DNA of 64,000 nucleotides from Raillietiella orientalis (Eukaryota): the NCBI GenBank assembly GCA_036172245.1, contig JAYWIR010000008.1, positions 4,712,001 to 4,776,000 on the forward strand, read 5' to 3'. Positions 1 to 15,665 of the stretch are shown in pieces. Position 1 is the first letter of the stretch; every line of letters begins with the position of its first letter. The position numbers and the translations under genes are program-made. The notes beneath the pieces are model-generated. The model was not told the origin of the DNA. It searched no databases and saw nothing but the letters and a program-made list of their open reading frames with translations.

Positions 1-124
1 AGGTTAGATAAGTCGTAACATAGTGGATCGTGCCGTTGTCGCGGCAACGGCGTGGCAGTTCGATTCGGCTCTCCGGAGCTGGCAGGAGCAAGGGAAGCGC
101 GCGCGCACGCCATTTTCCTAACAG

Positions 125-311
125 GCTGACGCCCTCCCTTGGCTCACGCTTGCCCACCACAAGGCCCGGCACCGTGGGGCCTCTTCCTCTATCCCTGCCG
201 CTACGGTGGCTGCGCCCCTGTCGGGAGTCTCCGGGTCTGGGAGCATCCCGGGTGCTCCGCGAAAACGCTGCTTCTGTCTCTGCACCTGCCTGCCAGCAGC
301 ATCCCAAGTGA
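125..311 (+). other. Possible exon of a gene entering from the left edge
   Basis: AG|GTTAGA donor-like site at position 3 and a strong acceptor TTTTCCTAACAG ending at 124. The phase-2 frame stays open to TGA at 309-311. No recognisable homology. Confidence 0.25.
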
Positions 312-982
312 TGCTCCGGGGTGCGCCGGGTACTCCGCCTGAGATGCTGTGAATCGAAGGGATGCTCCTCTCCCTACCCCCGTCCCGTTGGCGGCCTCTC
401 CGCCGCAGAACTCTCCGGACGGGATGAAAGACGGAGACGGCCCCCGCTAGGGTGGCTGCACGTTTCAGGCTCACCCATTCTGCCGCTCATGCTGCCCGAC
501 TCACCTCTCTCTCGTCCCCCATTCCCTCCTCCTCCCCCTGCCTATCCGTTTTTGTTGCGGAATTTCGTTTTTCGCGCGTGCCGTCCCCCTCGCGCTAATT
601 CCGATCCGAAGGTCACGGAGAGAGAAAGTCCCCCCTCTCCCCCCCCCTGCCGGCGTGCTCGTTCCCAGGAAGAGCATTGGAAGGCGCAGCCTTGGCTAGA
701 GAGGCCGCGCGCACAGGGTGGAGAGCGGTCGCGGCCCCCTGCCTATCTCATCGGAGAACACTGCAGGGGCTCTGGCTCCATCGGTTGCCAAGTGATTGCC
801 TGTCTTCACCAGTAGGTGATGCCGTACGTCTTCAGACCGCCTCTTTCGTGTTCATTCATTTTCGATGTTCTGTCTTTTTTTTTTTTGGGGGGGGGGGGGG
901 GGGGACGATGACGACGCCTTACTTAGCTGCTGCCTGCGCTGCCGCTCTGGTTGGCCGAGAGCTCTCCATCCTCTCCCTGCTT

Positions 983-1006
983 TCTCTCTCTCTCTCTCTC
1001 TCTCTC
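983..1006. repeat. (TC)12 microsatellite
   Basis: Read directly; a T12-G18 homopolymer junction lies nearby at 875-904. Confidence 0.9.
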
Positions 1007-3803
1007 CATGCTTTCTATTCCAGACTTGTCCCCCTCCCCCACCCGAAACTCCCAGCCCATGACGAAAAGGGGAAGCCTCAACCACTCGCTCGTCCGCCCT
1101 ACCCCGAGGAACGGGCAACGCCTTGCCCGCCCCTGCGCGCGCGTCGCTTGCACCTGTGACAGCCCACCGGCACACGAGGTGGCGCCTGAGCTCGGAGACA
1201 GCGAGGAAGGGGGAGGAAAAAAGGGCGAGAGGCGTGCGTCGGACTTCCCTCTCCTCCCGCCGGCGCAGGACGGGTCGGTTCCGGTGACCGGCCGAGCGTG
1301 CCGGGGGGTCTGACCGCGAACGGCCAAGGGCAGGGCGGGAAGCGCGGCGCAGGGTCGTCCCCGATCGTCCCCGAGGAGTCTCTCGTCGCCGGGCGTTCGA
1401 GACTGGAAAAAGACGCTGCTGGAGATCGGAGACCTCAGGAAGACCTTCGGCGATTGCGCGTGCCTGGCGTGCCAAATCGGCTCGCAGCGGCTGTTATCCG
1501 CACGCGTGCAGGGCAGGGAAAGGGGGGGAGGGGCAAGGAGAGGCGGGGAGGAAAGCAGCGCACCGGCTGGAGACGGTTCATCGTACCGCTCCCCTCCTCC
1601 CTCCTGATGACCTCCGAAAACGACACCGAGACGGACAGTCTTAGGTCAAGTTAACCCATGGGTCTTGTCAGCTTCTCCCCCCGCCCCCAACTCCTTCAAG
1701 GACGCTCTTGGATTCCCCTCCTCCCCCTCCCGAAATCTGTCGCTTGGAGCCACTGGAATGCCGAGAGCCGCGACTGCCCGAAGGGCTCAGGGTCTCAGGA
1801 GACCGCTGTGTCTCGGTGACAGGAAACGAGTGAGAGAAGGAAGAATGGGTGGGGGGAGGGAGGGAGGAAGGCAGATTCCTCGCTGCTGCAGGAGCTCGGG
1901 CGATCAGAAGTGTTTGTGTGATTTACGAGCACCTGCAGAACAAACAGTCCTCGCGAAGACACGCAGGCGCGGAGCACGCAGCGCCACACTGCACATGAGG
2001 GGATGGGTGGGGTGGGGAAACGCCAAATCGATCTGCCTTGCCATAGGTCCTCACGCCCCACTTTTCATACGCAACAAGACAAAAGGGAGAAAGAGAAACA
2101 AAGAGAGAAGCGAAAGAAGGAAAGGAGGAGGGAAACCGCACTTTCCCTGGCGAGCCCCGTCTACGCTGGCCCCAGCCCGGGCTGGCCCTGGTTTTCGACG
2201 CCAAGACTCATCCGGGAGCTCGGCAGATGCAATCCGCTAGGGTCACAGCGACCAGGGCTCCTGCTGCGCGCAACGGGAGTGCCGGGAAGGCAAGTCCTGC
2301 TCCAGATGGTGAAGAAGCTTTCGCCGCAAGCCTGATCGCGCCACTGGTGGAACCCGGCGGAGCATCTCAGAGATTTCAGTGCTCCACGGGGCGAGTGAAG
2401 CGTACACAGGAAAATCATGAACCTTGCTTTCCCCCCCCCCCTCTCTCTCTCTCTCTGGCTACCGGACTGTACGGAACCGTACGTGCCCGTGGATGCCGTA
2501 CAGAGGCGCTGGATCGCGAAAGTAGACTTTTACGAGCTGGTCAGGTTATTCTCCCCGCTGCCGATGGGCAGCAGCAAATCGGAACACTCAGGCAAAAGCC
2601 GTACTTAAGCGGCGTCTCGTTGGACACCGCAAAAGACGCAATGAAGAAGGCAAGCCGTCGCGCGAGAAAACGGTTTTGGGGTTCTTCGAGGGAGGACGGA
2701 CTCAAACGTGGAGCCCCTCCGACCTGGGTGGTTGCCACACGCCTTCTTGAACTTCGGTGTCCTTCAGTTGGCTCCCGGAACGCTTCGAGCCGAGGCACCT
2801 TCTCCGAACACGACACGGAACACCTTTTTTTTTTTTTCCCTTGTTTCTTCCCCAACCATCACGCAGCAAAACTGCAGCTTTTTAGCATTCACGCCGCTGC
2901 CAGCAGGACGCCATCTCGCAGTCACGTGAGGTGGAGGGCGCCAGGCCATTGTTGCTCTCCAGGTGCCACGTGCTCCGCCAGATTTCGGAGTGTGCGCATT
3001 ACGCTCTTCTCTTGTCGACTGGGTTGCGGCTCGGTAGGGCGAAGGCGCACCCGTGAGGATACACCGTGCCCCCCCCCCCACACACACACACACTGCAGCC
3101 GTGGGTGCGTGGCGCTCGTAACTCCGACCTGGCAGTGCGCCGTTCCCTGCTCAGCCTGTGATTCCCTCGGTGCGTGGAAGCCGACCGGGAGTACTTCGGC
3201 TCAGACAACCTTCAGCTGTCGTCACGGGACGCCGCAGACTGCTCGCGCGCTCAGCCCGGCCGAGGGCTCTCCTGGAGAGCTCTGCAGGAATTTTCCCCGG
3301 CCTTCCCGTCCTCCCTGCGAGCGCAGCTGCTGCCGCGCTTGGGAGCACCCACGGCTCGATCTCGGTCCGGGAGGAAGAGGCGGCGGCCGACGCGGCGCTG
3401 TGCCCCAGGGGAACCACCGGGCCAGAAGTCGGGCCGAAGGCATCAGGGCCGGGAGGAAAAGAAGAAGAAAAAAACAACGGATGTATTTGGCCTTTTGTGA
3501 GTCATCAAGATTTACACATCACGAGCGCATTCTGCAGCAGCACTGCTGGGCGTCCACGCCTTGCTTCTCGATGGCGCCGGCTGTTCTGGAAAGTGGAGCC
3601 CTTGGAGCGGGTGAGCAATTCGTCGATTGGCACGGGGGCCACGGAACCAACAGTGGTCGGCAGCGACGTGTCCACTCCCCCACCCGCCCACATTCTTTTC
3701 TGTTTTCTTCAGCACACGTGCGTTTTGCCTTTTTTTGGGTTTTTCCTTTTTTTTTTTTTTCGTCCTGCTTTTCTTTTCGCCTGTCGTTGGTCCGCAGCGC
3801 CCT

Positions 3804-5035
3804 CTAGATGAGTTTGGCGGGCATCAGGAAGCAAAAGAGCTTCTCGTCGTTCTCGTTCAGTACCGTCCACTTCACATTCACGGGGATCTGGAAAGCACAG
3901 GAAGCACCCTTGAGGGTCTCTCAGGGACGGACGGGCGGCAACGAAGAAAGAGGAGGAGCAACAACGGAGGAGGAGAGAACCGAAAAACGAGAGCGAGGAC
4001 GAACGGGTAAAGAGGAGGAAGAAAAGACGAAGAGGAACGAAAATAGAGGAGGAAGGGAGGCGTGAAAAAAGAGGAGGAAGAAGAGAAGGTGACTTGACTG
4101 CGTCGCGCCTGGCAGACGAGAACGATGGAGCCTCCGGACACCCTTGGGGTTGGCGGAGGACAAGGTCGAGGTGTCGGCAGACACCGGACAGCGCCCTCCC
4201 CCCGAGGAAAGTCTTCCGGCGGAGCAGGACGGACAGCCGCGGGACGAGGATGCCTCCCCCCGCCCAGTCATCTGGCTTCCCGGCTTACCGCGGGGTACAA
4301 GGAGAGCACCGGGATGTTCACGGAGTACTCCGTGGTGAAGCCACTCTCCACACACATGGGGCCGGCGGAGTCCTTGCAGGGGTCCCTGATGCTGGCCGGG
4401 TAGGGGAGCTCCAGGCCGTTGATGATGCCCTTCACGCTGGCCCTGAGGGAGCGGGCCGAGAAGGCTGGAAGGCACGCTTGGAGAAGGGGACGGCCCGGGC
4501 GGGCCCCATTGTCCTACCGGGTTTAAAGCGGACCACCAGTCGGCTCTCTTTCCCCCTGCGCAGGATGCAGGGTTTGCCGGTCAGACCTCCCTGGGGGCAC
4601 TCGGACACGAAAATCTGCTCGATGGGCAGGGAGAGGTCTGCAAGGACGGCGCGCGAGGTTAGTCGCCGCCCGAAGCGAACCGCCGCGGGCCCGCGCGGGC
4701 CACTTTCGCCTCGTCGCCGCTCGGGACGTAGGCGAAAGGCGGTCGCGAGCGGGCAGGAAGGGAACCAGGTGACCCCTCGCCCGACCCCTCTCCCCGCGAT
4801 CCTTACTTCCTTCTCCGGGACAGGGCTTTACGCTGACAGGGTCCAGCTTGAGGGCGGGGGCCGCCGCCGCGCGCGTCTCCCCGGAGACGCAGCTGAGGGA
4901 GAGTGCCACGAGCAGCAACGTCACCGTGCCGCATCCCACGGCTCCCGGCGGCTTCGCGGCGGCGGAGATCCGGCACCCCCGCCGGCCTCGACAGCAGCAG
5001 CAGCACCTGCAGCCAACGCCTGCAGCGCGCAACAT
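3804..5035 (-). CDS. NPC2: NPC2-like / ML-domain (MD-2-related lipid recognition) secreted protein, 4 exons, about 202 aa
   Basis: Exons 4807-5035, 4518-4637, 4289-4464, 3804-3887, with GT-AG introns of 169, 53 and 401 nt and consistent phases. Spliced product ...VTLLLVALSLSCVSG...VKPCPGEGNLSLPIEQIFVSECPQGGLTGKPCILRRGKESRLVVRFKPAFSARSLRASVKGIINGLELPYPASIRDPCKDSAGPMCVESGFTTEYSVNIPVLSLYPAIPVNVKWTVLNENDEKLFCFLMPAKLI*. Shows a hydrophobic signal segment, six ML-domain cysteines and the PCxLxRG, PVxxxYP and VKW motifs. Family call is firm; start codon and exact orthology are not. Confidence 0.9.
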
Positions 5036-7972
5036 GGCAACGCAAGAAATGCCGGCAGCTGCTCGCGCAGCGGCACTTGAAGCCCCCGTGCGCAGCCGCC
5101 GCCGCAGCGGAGGCAGACGCCTGCGGCCCCGCCGGAGAGGTCGCGCGCTTGCCGGAGGCGCTTCCGCGATGGCGGCGCAGCTGCGGCCCGCAGAGGGGGA
5201 CAGCCGCGGGCGTCTGCCCATCCCGGCGAGCGCCCCCTCTGGGAAGCCCGTCGCCCGCAACCTCCCCCCCCCCATCCGTCCCTCGCCTCTGGGGGTCTCT
5301 CGGGACAACCTCTTCGTGAGAGGACCCTCCTCCTATCCCCCTCCATCCCCTCTGTGAGAGCACGGGCGGGCAAGGAGGCGCCACCCTTCGCGGGCACCGG
5401 CGGCAGCTCCTCCCGGGCTCGAATGACGCCGTCGCTCGCCAAAGCCAGGTGCCTCTGCCTCCCTGCGGATCCGGCCCGGTCCTTGGGACAGAAACAGAAC
5501 CCTCTGCAAGAAAAGGCTGTTCCTGAGAGCCTCCCCCCCCCGGGCGCCACCGACGCCAACGGTCGGCAGTCGCGGCTGCCGGGCAAAAGGCTACTTCCCC
5601 AAGGAGCGCACCCTTCCACTCGCCTCGGGAAAGGTAGTGGAGTGATGAAGGGTGGGTTCAAGGAGGGAGGAGAAGGGGGAGGGAAGGGAGCACCCCCGTG
5701 CGCGCGTGAGGTTTCCGGGTCTCCAGCAGGACGCCCCTGCGAGAGCCGAGCGCGTGCGCAGCAGCAGCCGGCGCCCGGCTCCGGAGTGGCCTGAGGTCAC
5801 CGGTCCCTTCAGCAAAGAATGTCATGCTGACCCTCCTTCGACCTCTCCCCCTCCCCGTTTCGCGCTTCCTGCCTTCCGCAGAGGCGACTGCAGCTGCTGC
5901 CCATCCCGCAGGCGGCGACCCGCCCTGTCTCTTTGCTTCGCTCAGGATCCGGGTCCCCGCTCCAAGATCGCGCAGCCCCTCGGCTTGCGCCCGTAGGTGG
6001 TCACCTCCTCCTCGCCGCGGAGTTTCTCGCGACCCACGCGCGCCCTGCAGAGAGAGCGAGAGATCGGGAGGTTCCTGCAAGCGGCACTTCGGTGCTGCCC
6101 TCGGCCGCGCGCGAGGACCGGGGGGAGGGGAATCTGACCAAACCTCCTTGCCTTGCGACGCTGGCGGCAGGTGGTCCCTAGTCTCTCGGTAGGCGCCGGG
6201 CAGGTCAGTGCTGGAAGCGGTCGAGTCGGAGATCGAAAGTCTCCTCCGTTCCCGGGGAGGAGACGAGGGGAGGAAACCTGGTGGATCCGCTGAAGCGCGC
6301 GGCTCCTCCCGCGGGGCAAGAGGTCGGAGGAAGGACGCCGTTCCAGATTTTCCTGCCGATGCCTGGAGAAGGGAAAGGGAACGCGCGCGCGCACGTCGGC
6401 TCCGCTCCAGCCAACGCCCGCCATCATCCGGGGAGAGAGGGGACGAAGGGGCAGCGGAGGGAGGGAGGGACATCTCGCGGCGGCGCTCGTGAAAGTCCCG
6501 TCCTTTCCCGTGCATTCCGGAGGCGCCCAGGATGATGGAGACGCGAGCGATAGGAAAGCGAAACGCCTCGAGGGCAGATCGGAACGGAGGAAACGGGCGC
6601 TCGGAAAATGGACGGCGCGACCCGCCCTCCTCCGAGGCGCGAAGCGATGAATTGTCAGGATGGCGTCGCACGCAGTTACAAACGACCGGGTGTCCACGAG
6701 ATCGGTGCGCTACCTCTCGCAGTCCTTGGAGAAGCGCACCAATCCCGGACGCGAACTGGGATGGGCCGGGTCAGGAGGGTCCGTAAGGGAAGGTCCGCCA
6801 GCACGTGTCTTTCGCGAAGCCAGCGGGGCTGCAAGCCAACAGCTGCGCGCGGATTCTGGTCTTCGGACAGGCCGCACTGCCGGTGCTGGGGACTGCTGAG
6901 GCGCGCAAAAAGCGAGGCGACAGTCTGGACCAAAACGCCGCTCCAGACGAATTTTCCCAAGGTATCGATCGCAACCCTTCGCCTTGATCTTCAGGACGCT
7001 TGCAGTGGTTTCCCGAAGATCGTCGGCGTCTCTTCCGGCTCTCCACTGTTGTCCCGCGGGGCCAAAAAAGGCAAAAAAAAAAAAAAAAAACTTTCTCCTT
7101 CGCATCAGAATGCATACTCCTCCCTTTGTGGCCGGATGTGCTGCCAAGACTCGGGAGGGGAAAGGCTCTCGGGACAAAAAACTGCTTCCTCATGGAACTC
7201 GGATAAGTCCAAACTCGAGCGGGACTCCCTCCGGAATATCGATTTTGGCAGACGCCCGCCCGCGTACGTTCCTCTCCGACTGCCGAGTGGCACACGGAGA
7301 AGTGTCCGCACCGACCGGGAGACAACCGCAGGACAGAGCAGTCCGTGACGAATGAATGACGCCTTCGCTTCGGAGGTGTTTCCCTTCTGCATCCGTGACG
7401 TTGCATTCGTTGGATGCCTTCCGTAAAGAATTCACTTGGAAACGCACTTGGGAAACGAAGGTGCGAGCGCCTTGAAGGTTCCCTCGATCGTGAAGACAGT
7501 CACCGCACCTTTCCTGTGTGGGAAACTCAGTTTGCGTACCAACTGGAAGGCAGAAGAAAAAAAACAAAAACGGACACAAGTGTGTTTCGATACCTGAGAA
7601 CACAACTGTTTTGGACTGCGCACTCGGAAGATCTGCTCCGCCAATCTGATGTCCCCCCCTCCCCTCAGAAAAACAACAACTCCCAAAAGTGTCCCTACCC
7701 CCAAACGACCGTTATCTGTGCATTACGAGCCGATACTCAAAACAAGTCTCCTGACTGCGGAGGCTGCAAAGCAACATCCGGATCACCCCGCGTTGCATCC
7801 TGCGCTATTCCGTCCCTGGAGAAGTGACTTGGCCAGCTGGAAACCTCGGGCAAACATCCGAACGCCTATCACGCGGGAGACCCCTTCGGCACGAACTGCT
7901 GCATTCCCGTCTCACGTGAAGCAGAGATGCTGCGTAAATAACAGACCACATCACTAATTTCACAATCGACTC

Positions 7973-8050
7973 TTTATTGACTAGATGAACTGTTTAGTAG
8001 GTGATTAATCGAAAAACAGCAGCATTCTGCAAGACATGGGGGGCTTTATT
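7973..8050 (-). terminator. Candidate distal polyadenylation signals (AATAAA at 8045-8050 and 7973-7978)
   Basis: Two plus-strand TTTATT hexamers in an AT-rich patch about 1.6 kb after the ATPase stop, followed on the minus strand by GT-rich sequence. Confidence 0.4.
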
Positions 8051-8934
8051 TTTCTTTTTCTTTTTTTAAAAAAAAAAAAAAAAAAAAACAATTTTACCTG
8101 AATCTATAAACTCAGTGATTAGTCACCAACGCTCAAAAAAATCAATACAAACTTTCCGTGAATTTTCGAAATACTATCGTGTGTAAGACAAAAGCAAGAC
8201 CACATCTCCAAGATTTCCACGGTTTCTCCCCCACCCCCCCACACCTCGAAATGGCCTTCACAAATGGGTTTGTGAAGCTATCACAACTGCGTTACTCTTT
8301 TTGTTGTGAATTCGCTACGAGAGCAATGCCGACGGCAACACGCTACAAGAAGAAACTTATAATAACAGGACTGTGATCGTGGGGAAACCCGAGAGTGGAG
8401 AGAGAAATGTTGCCTCGGTAACTGCCGGTTGGAAAAGATCTCCGCCGGATCGCTCAAGCCTCCAACTTTCAAAAACCGTTCCCCTTTTCCCTACTTCGCC
8501 GAGATGCACGGTAACCATCCCGAAACGGCTTCCTATCCGGGAAATCCCCAGCTTGCCACGAGGAGACCACGAGGACCAAACGCTCCTGGGAGGCGGCGGG
8601 TGAAAAGGTCGAATCCAAGACGCGGGCAAAGGGCGGCGGCACACGGAGACCACCTGGATTTCCGCCTCAACTCGCTATTCCGGACCGACTGGGCATTCGC
8701 CACTAAGCAAGAAGCCTTACTCCAGCCGGAGACCTTCCGCAAAAGGCTGAAGGAATGGGAACTAGGTCAGCCCGCACAGTGGAGGATGGATCACCCGCTG
8801 ATATACGCACCTCGAACAGAATGCGAATACTTAGAATCATCGAAGCAGGCAATCAGGTCAAATCATATATCACAAACACGTAATGGATACAGCAGTAAAA
8901 CGATGAAAGAAGGAGGGGGATTTTTCGTTATATG

Positions 8935-8965
<31 letters not shown>

Positions 8966-9019
8966 AAAAGGAAATCAACAAATTCATTATAACATGCGAC
9001 AATAAGTCATCTGTTCATA

Positions 9020-9025
9020 TTTATT
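9020..9025 (-). terminator. Proximal polyadenylation signal (AATAAA) of the ATPase
   Basis: Plus-strand TTTATT about 600 nt after the stop codon. A T-rich tract follows on the minus strand, and the CpG-poor zone ends here. Confidence 0.6.
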
Positions 9026-9629
9026 GATAACTTCGATAAAATAAACTACTAAGCGTATGTATACATTTCTATAAAAATCTTGCATACATGCAGCAGTCTA
9101 ATATTTCAAAGAGCTTATATAAATTGTAAACTAAGTACAGTAACATGACCTGCTCAGCTTTCATGTAGGACTATTGAGTTAGCATTGCACAACATGTAAT
9201 TCAATTTCCAAATGTATAAAAACCTGAACTAATGGTGCAAATTTACACTTGGTGAAGAATTACACAGATTCTGCTGAGCTGCCTACTTGATTACAATGAA
9301 AATGAAAACTGAGAAAAAACACTGAAATCCTTCAGATCTAGAGATGGCTCACTGCTAATACTAGCTCGTGAATTAGAAACAATGGCTGCAGCAACTCAAT
9401 TCGCTGCAAAATGAACTAGAGTTGGTACTGAATCAGAGGGGGAGGAGGGTACTGCAAAACAGTCTGTGTGGGAACATGAGCCAGTGCTGAGCACCAGTTA
9501 ATGGATGTGCTCAATGGAATGTTCCAGTGAAATACACTGAATGAGGAAATGATAAATACAACAACAGGCAATGGCAGCATATTTGGGCGGCTTTTTGGGG
9601 AGAGTGCTTAGGTTCCAACATACACATGA

Positions 9630-15262
<5,633 letters not shown>

Positions 15263-15298
15263 TTTCTGCTGATTCCCACTATGCTGGAGTTTATGGTT

Positions 15299-15332
15299 TC
15301 AACTGGCACAGCACACACTGCCCCTCCTTAAA
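15299..15332 (-). promoter_or_regulatory. Candidate core promoter of the MPD first exon of the ATPase
   Basis: Minus strand reads TTTAAG (15332-15327), then an Inr-like CCAGTT with its A at 15304, 28 nt after the first T. This is followed by AGAAAATG (ATG at 15262) and a GTAAGT donor. The spacing fits an arthropod TATA-like/Inr pair, but both motifs are imperfect. Confidence 0.4.
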
Positions 15333-15465
15333 CCCACTCTGCAGCAGATACAAGTCAGGTTTCTGTTTTTAATGATATGCGTGTGCACGTGACCATTCTA
15401 CGAAAACACAGCCTTTTATTACGTAGAAACTTTTTGCAGCTCAATAGACATCATCGAGAAAAATC

Positions 15466-15626
15466 GGAGGGAAGAAGAAAAGGGGGGAAAAAAAAAGGAA
15501 AAAAAAAGGAAGAGAAAAAAAAAAAAAAAAAAAAAAAGAAGAGGAAAAGGGGGGGGGGGAGGGCATAAAAGGAGGAGGAGGAGGAGGAGGAGAGAGGGAA
15601 AAAAATATATATATATACATGAAAAA

Positions 15627-15663
<37 letters not shown>

Positions 15664-15665
15664 GA
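15466..15665. repeat. Polypurine/polypyrimidine low-complexity tract upstream of the ATPase start
   Basis: 15466-15563 is 98 nt of A/G only, followed by (GGA)n, (AT)n, poly-A and (GAAAA)n. Confidence 0.9.

Noticed and set aside
1397..1500. Protein-like peptide RDWKKTLLEIGDLRKTFGDCACLACQIG on the plus strand
   Set aside because: No start codon, no convincing donor, no recognisable family.
2227..3807. 526-aa plus-strand ORF and other long overlapping ORFs in 1-7.4 kb
   Set aside because: Arg/Pro/Gly/Ala-rich, cross homopolymers and microsatellites, no recognisable domain; expected from stop-codon scarcity in GC-rich DNA.
4094..5080. 328-aa plus-strand ORF
   Set aside because: Antisense shadow of the GC-rich NPC2 exons and introns.
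8429..8935. 168-aa plus-strand ORF
   Set aside because: No homology recognised; antisense to the probable extended ATPase 3' UTR.
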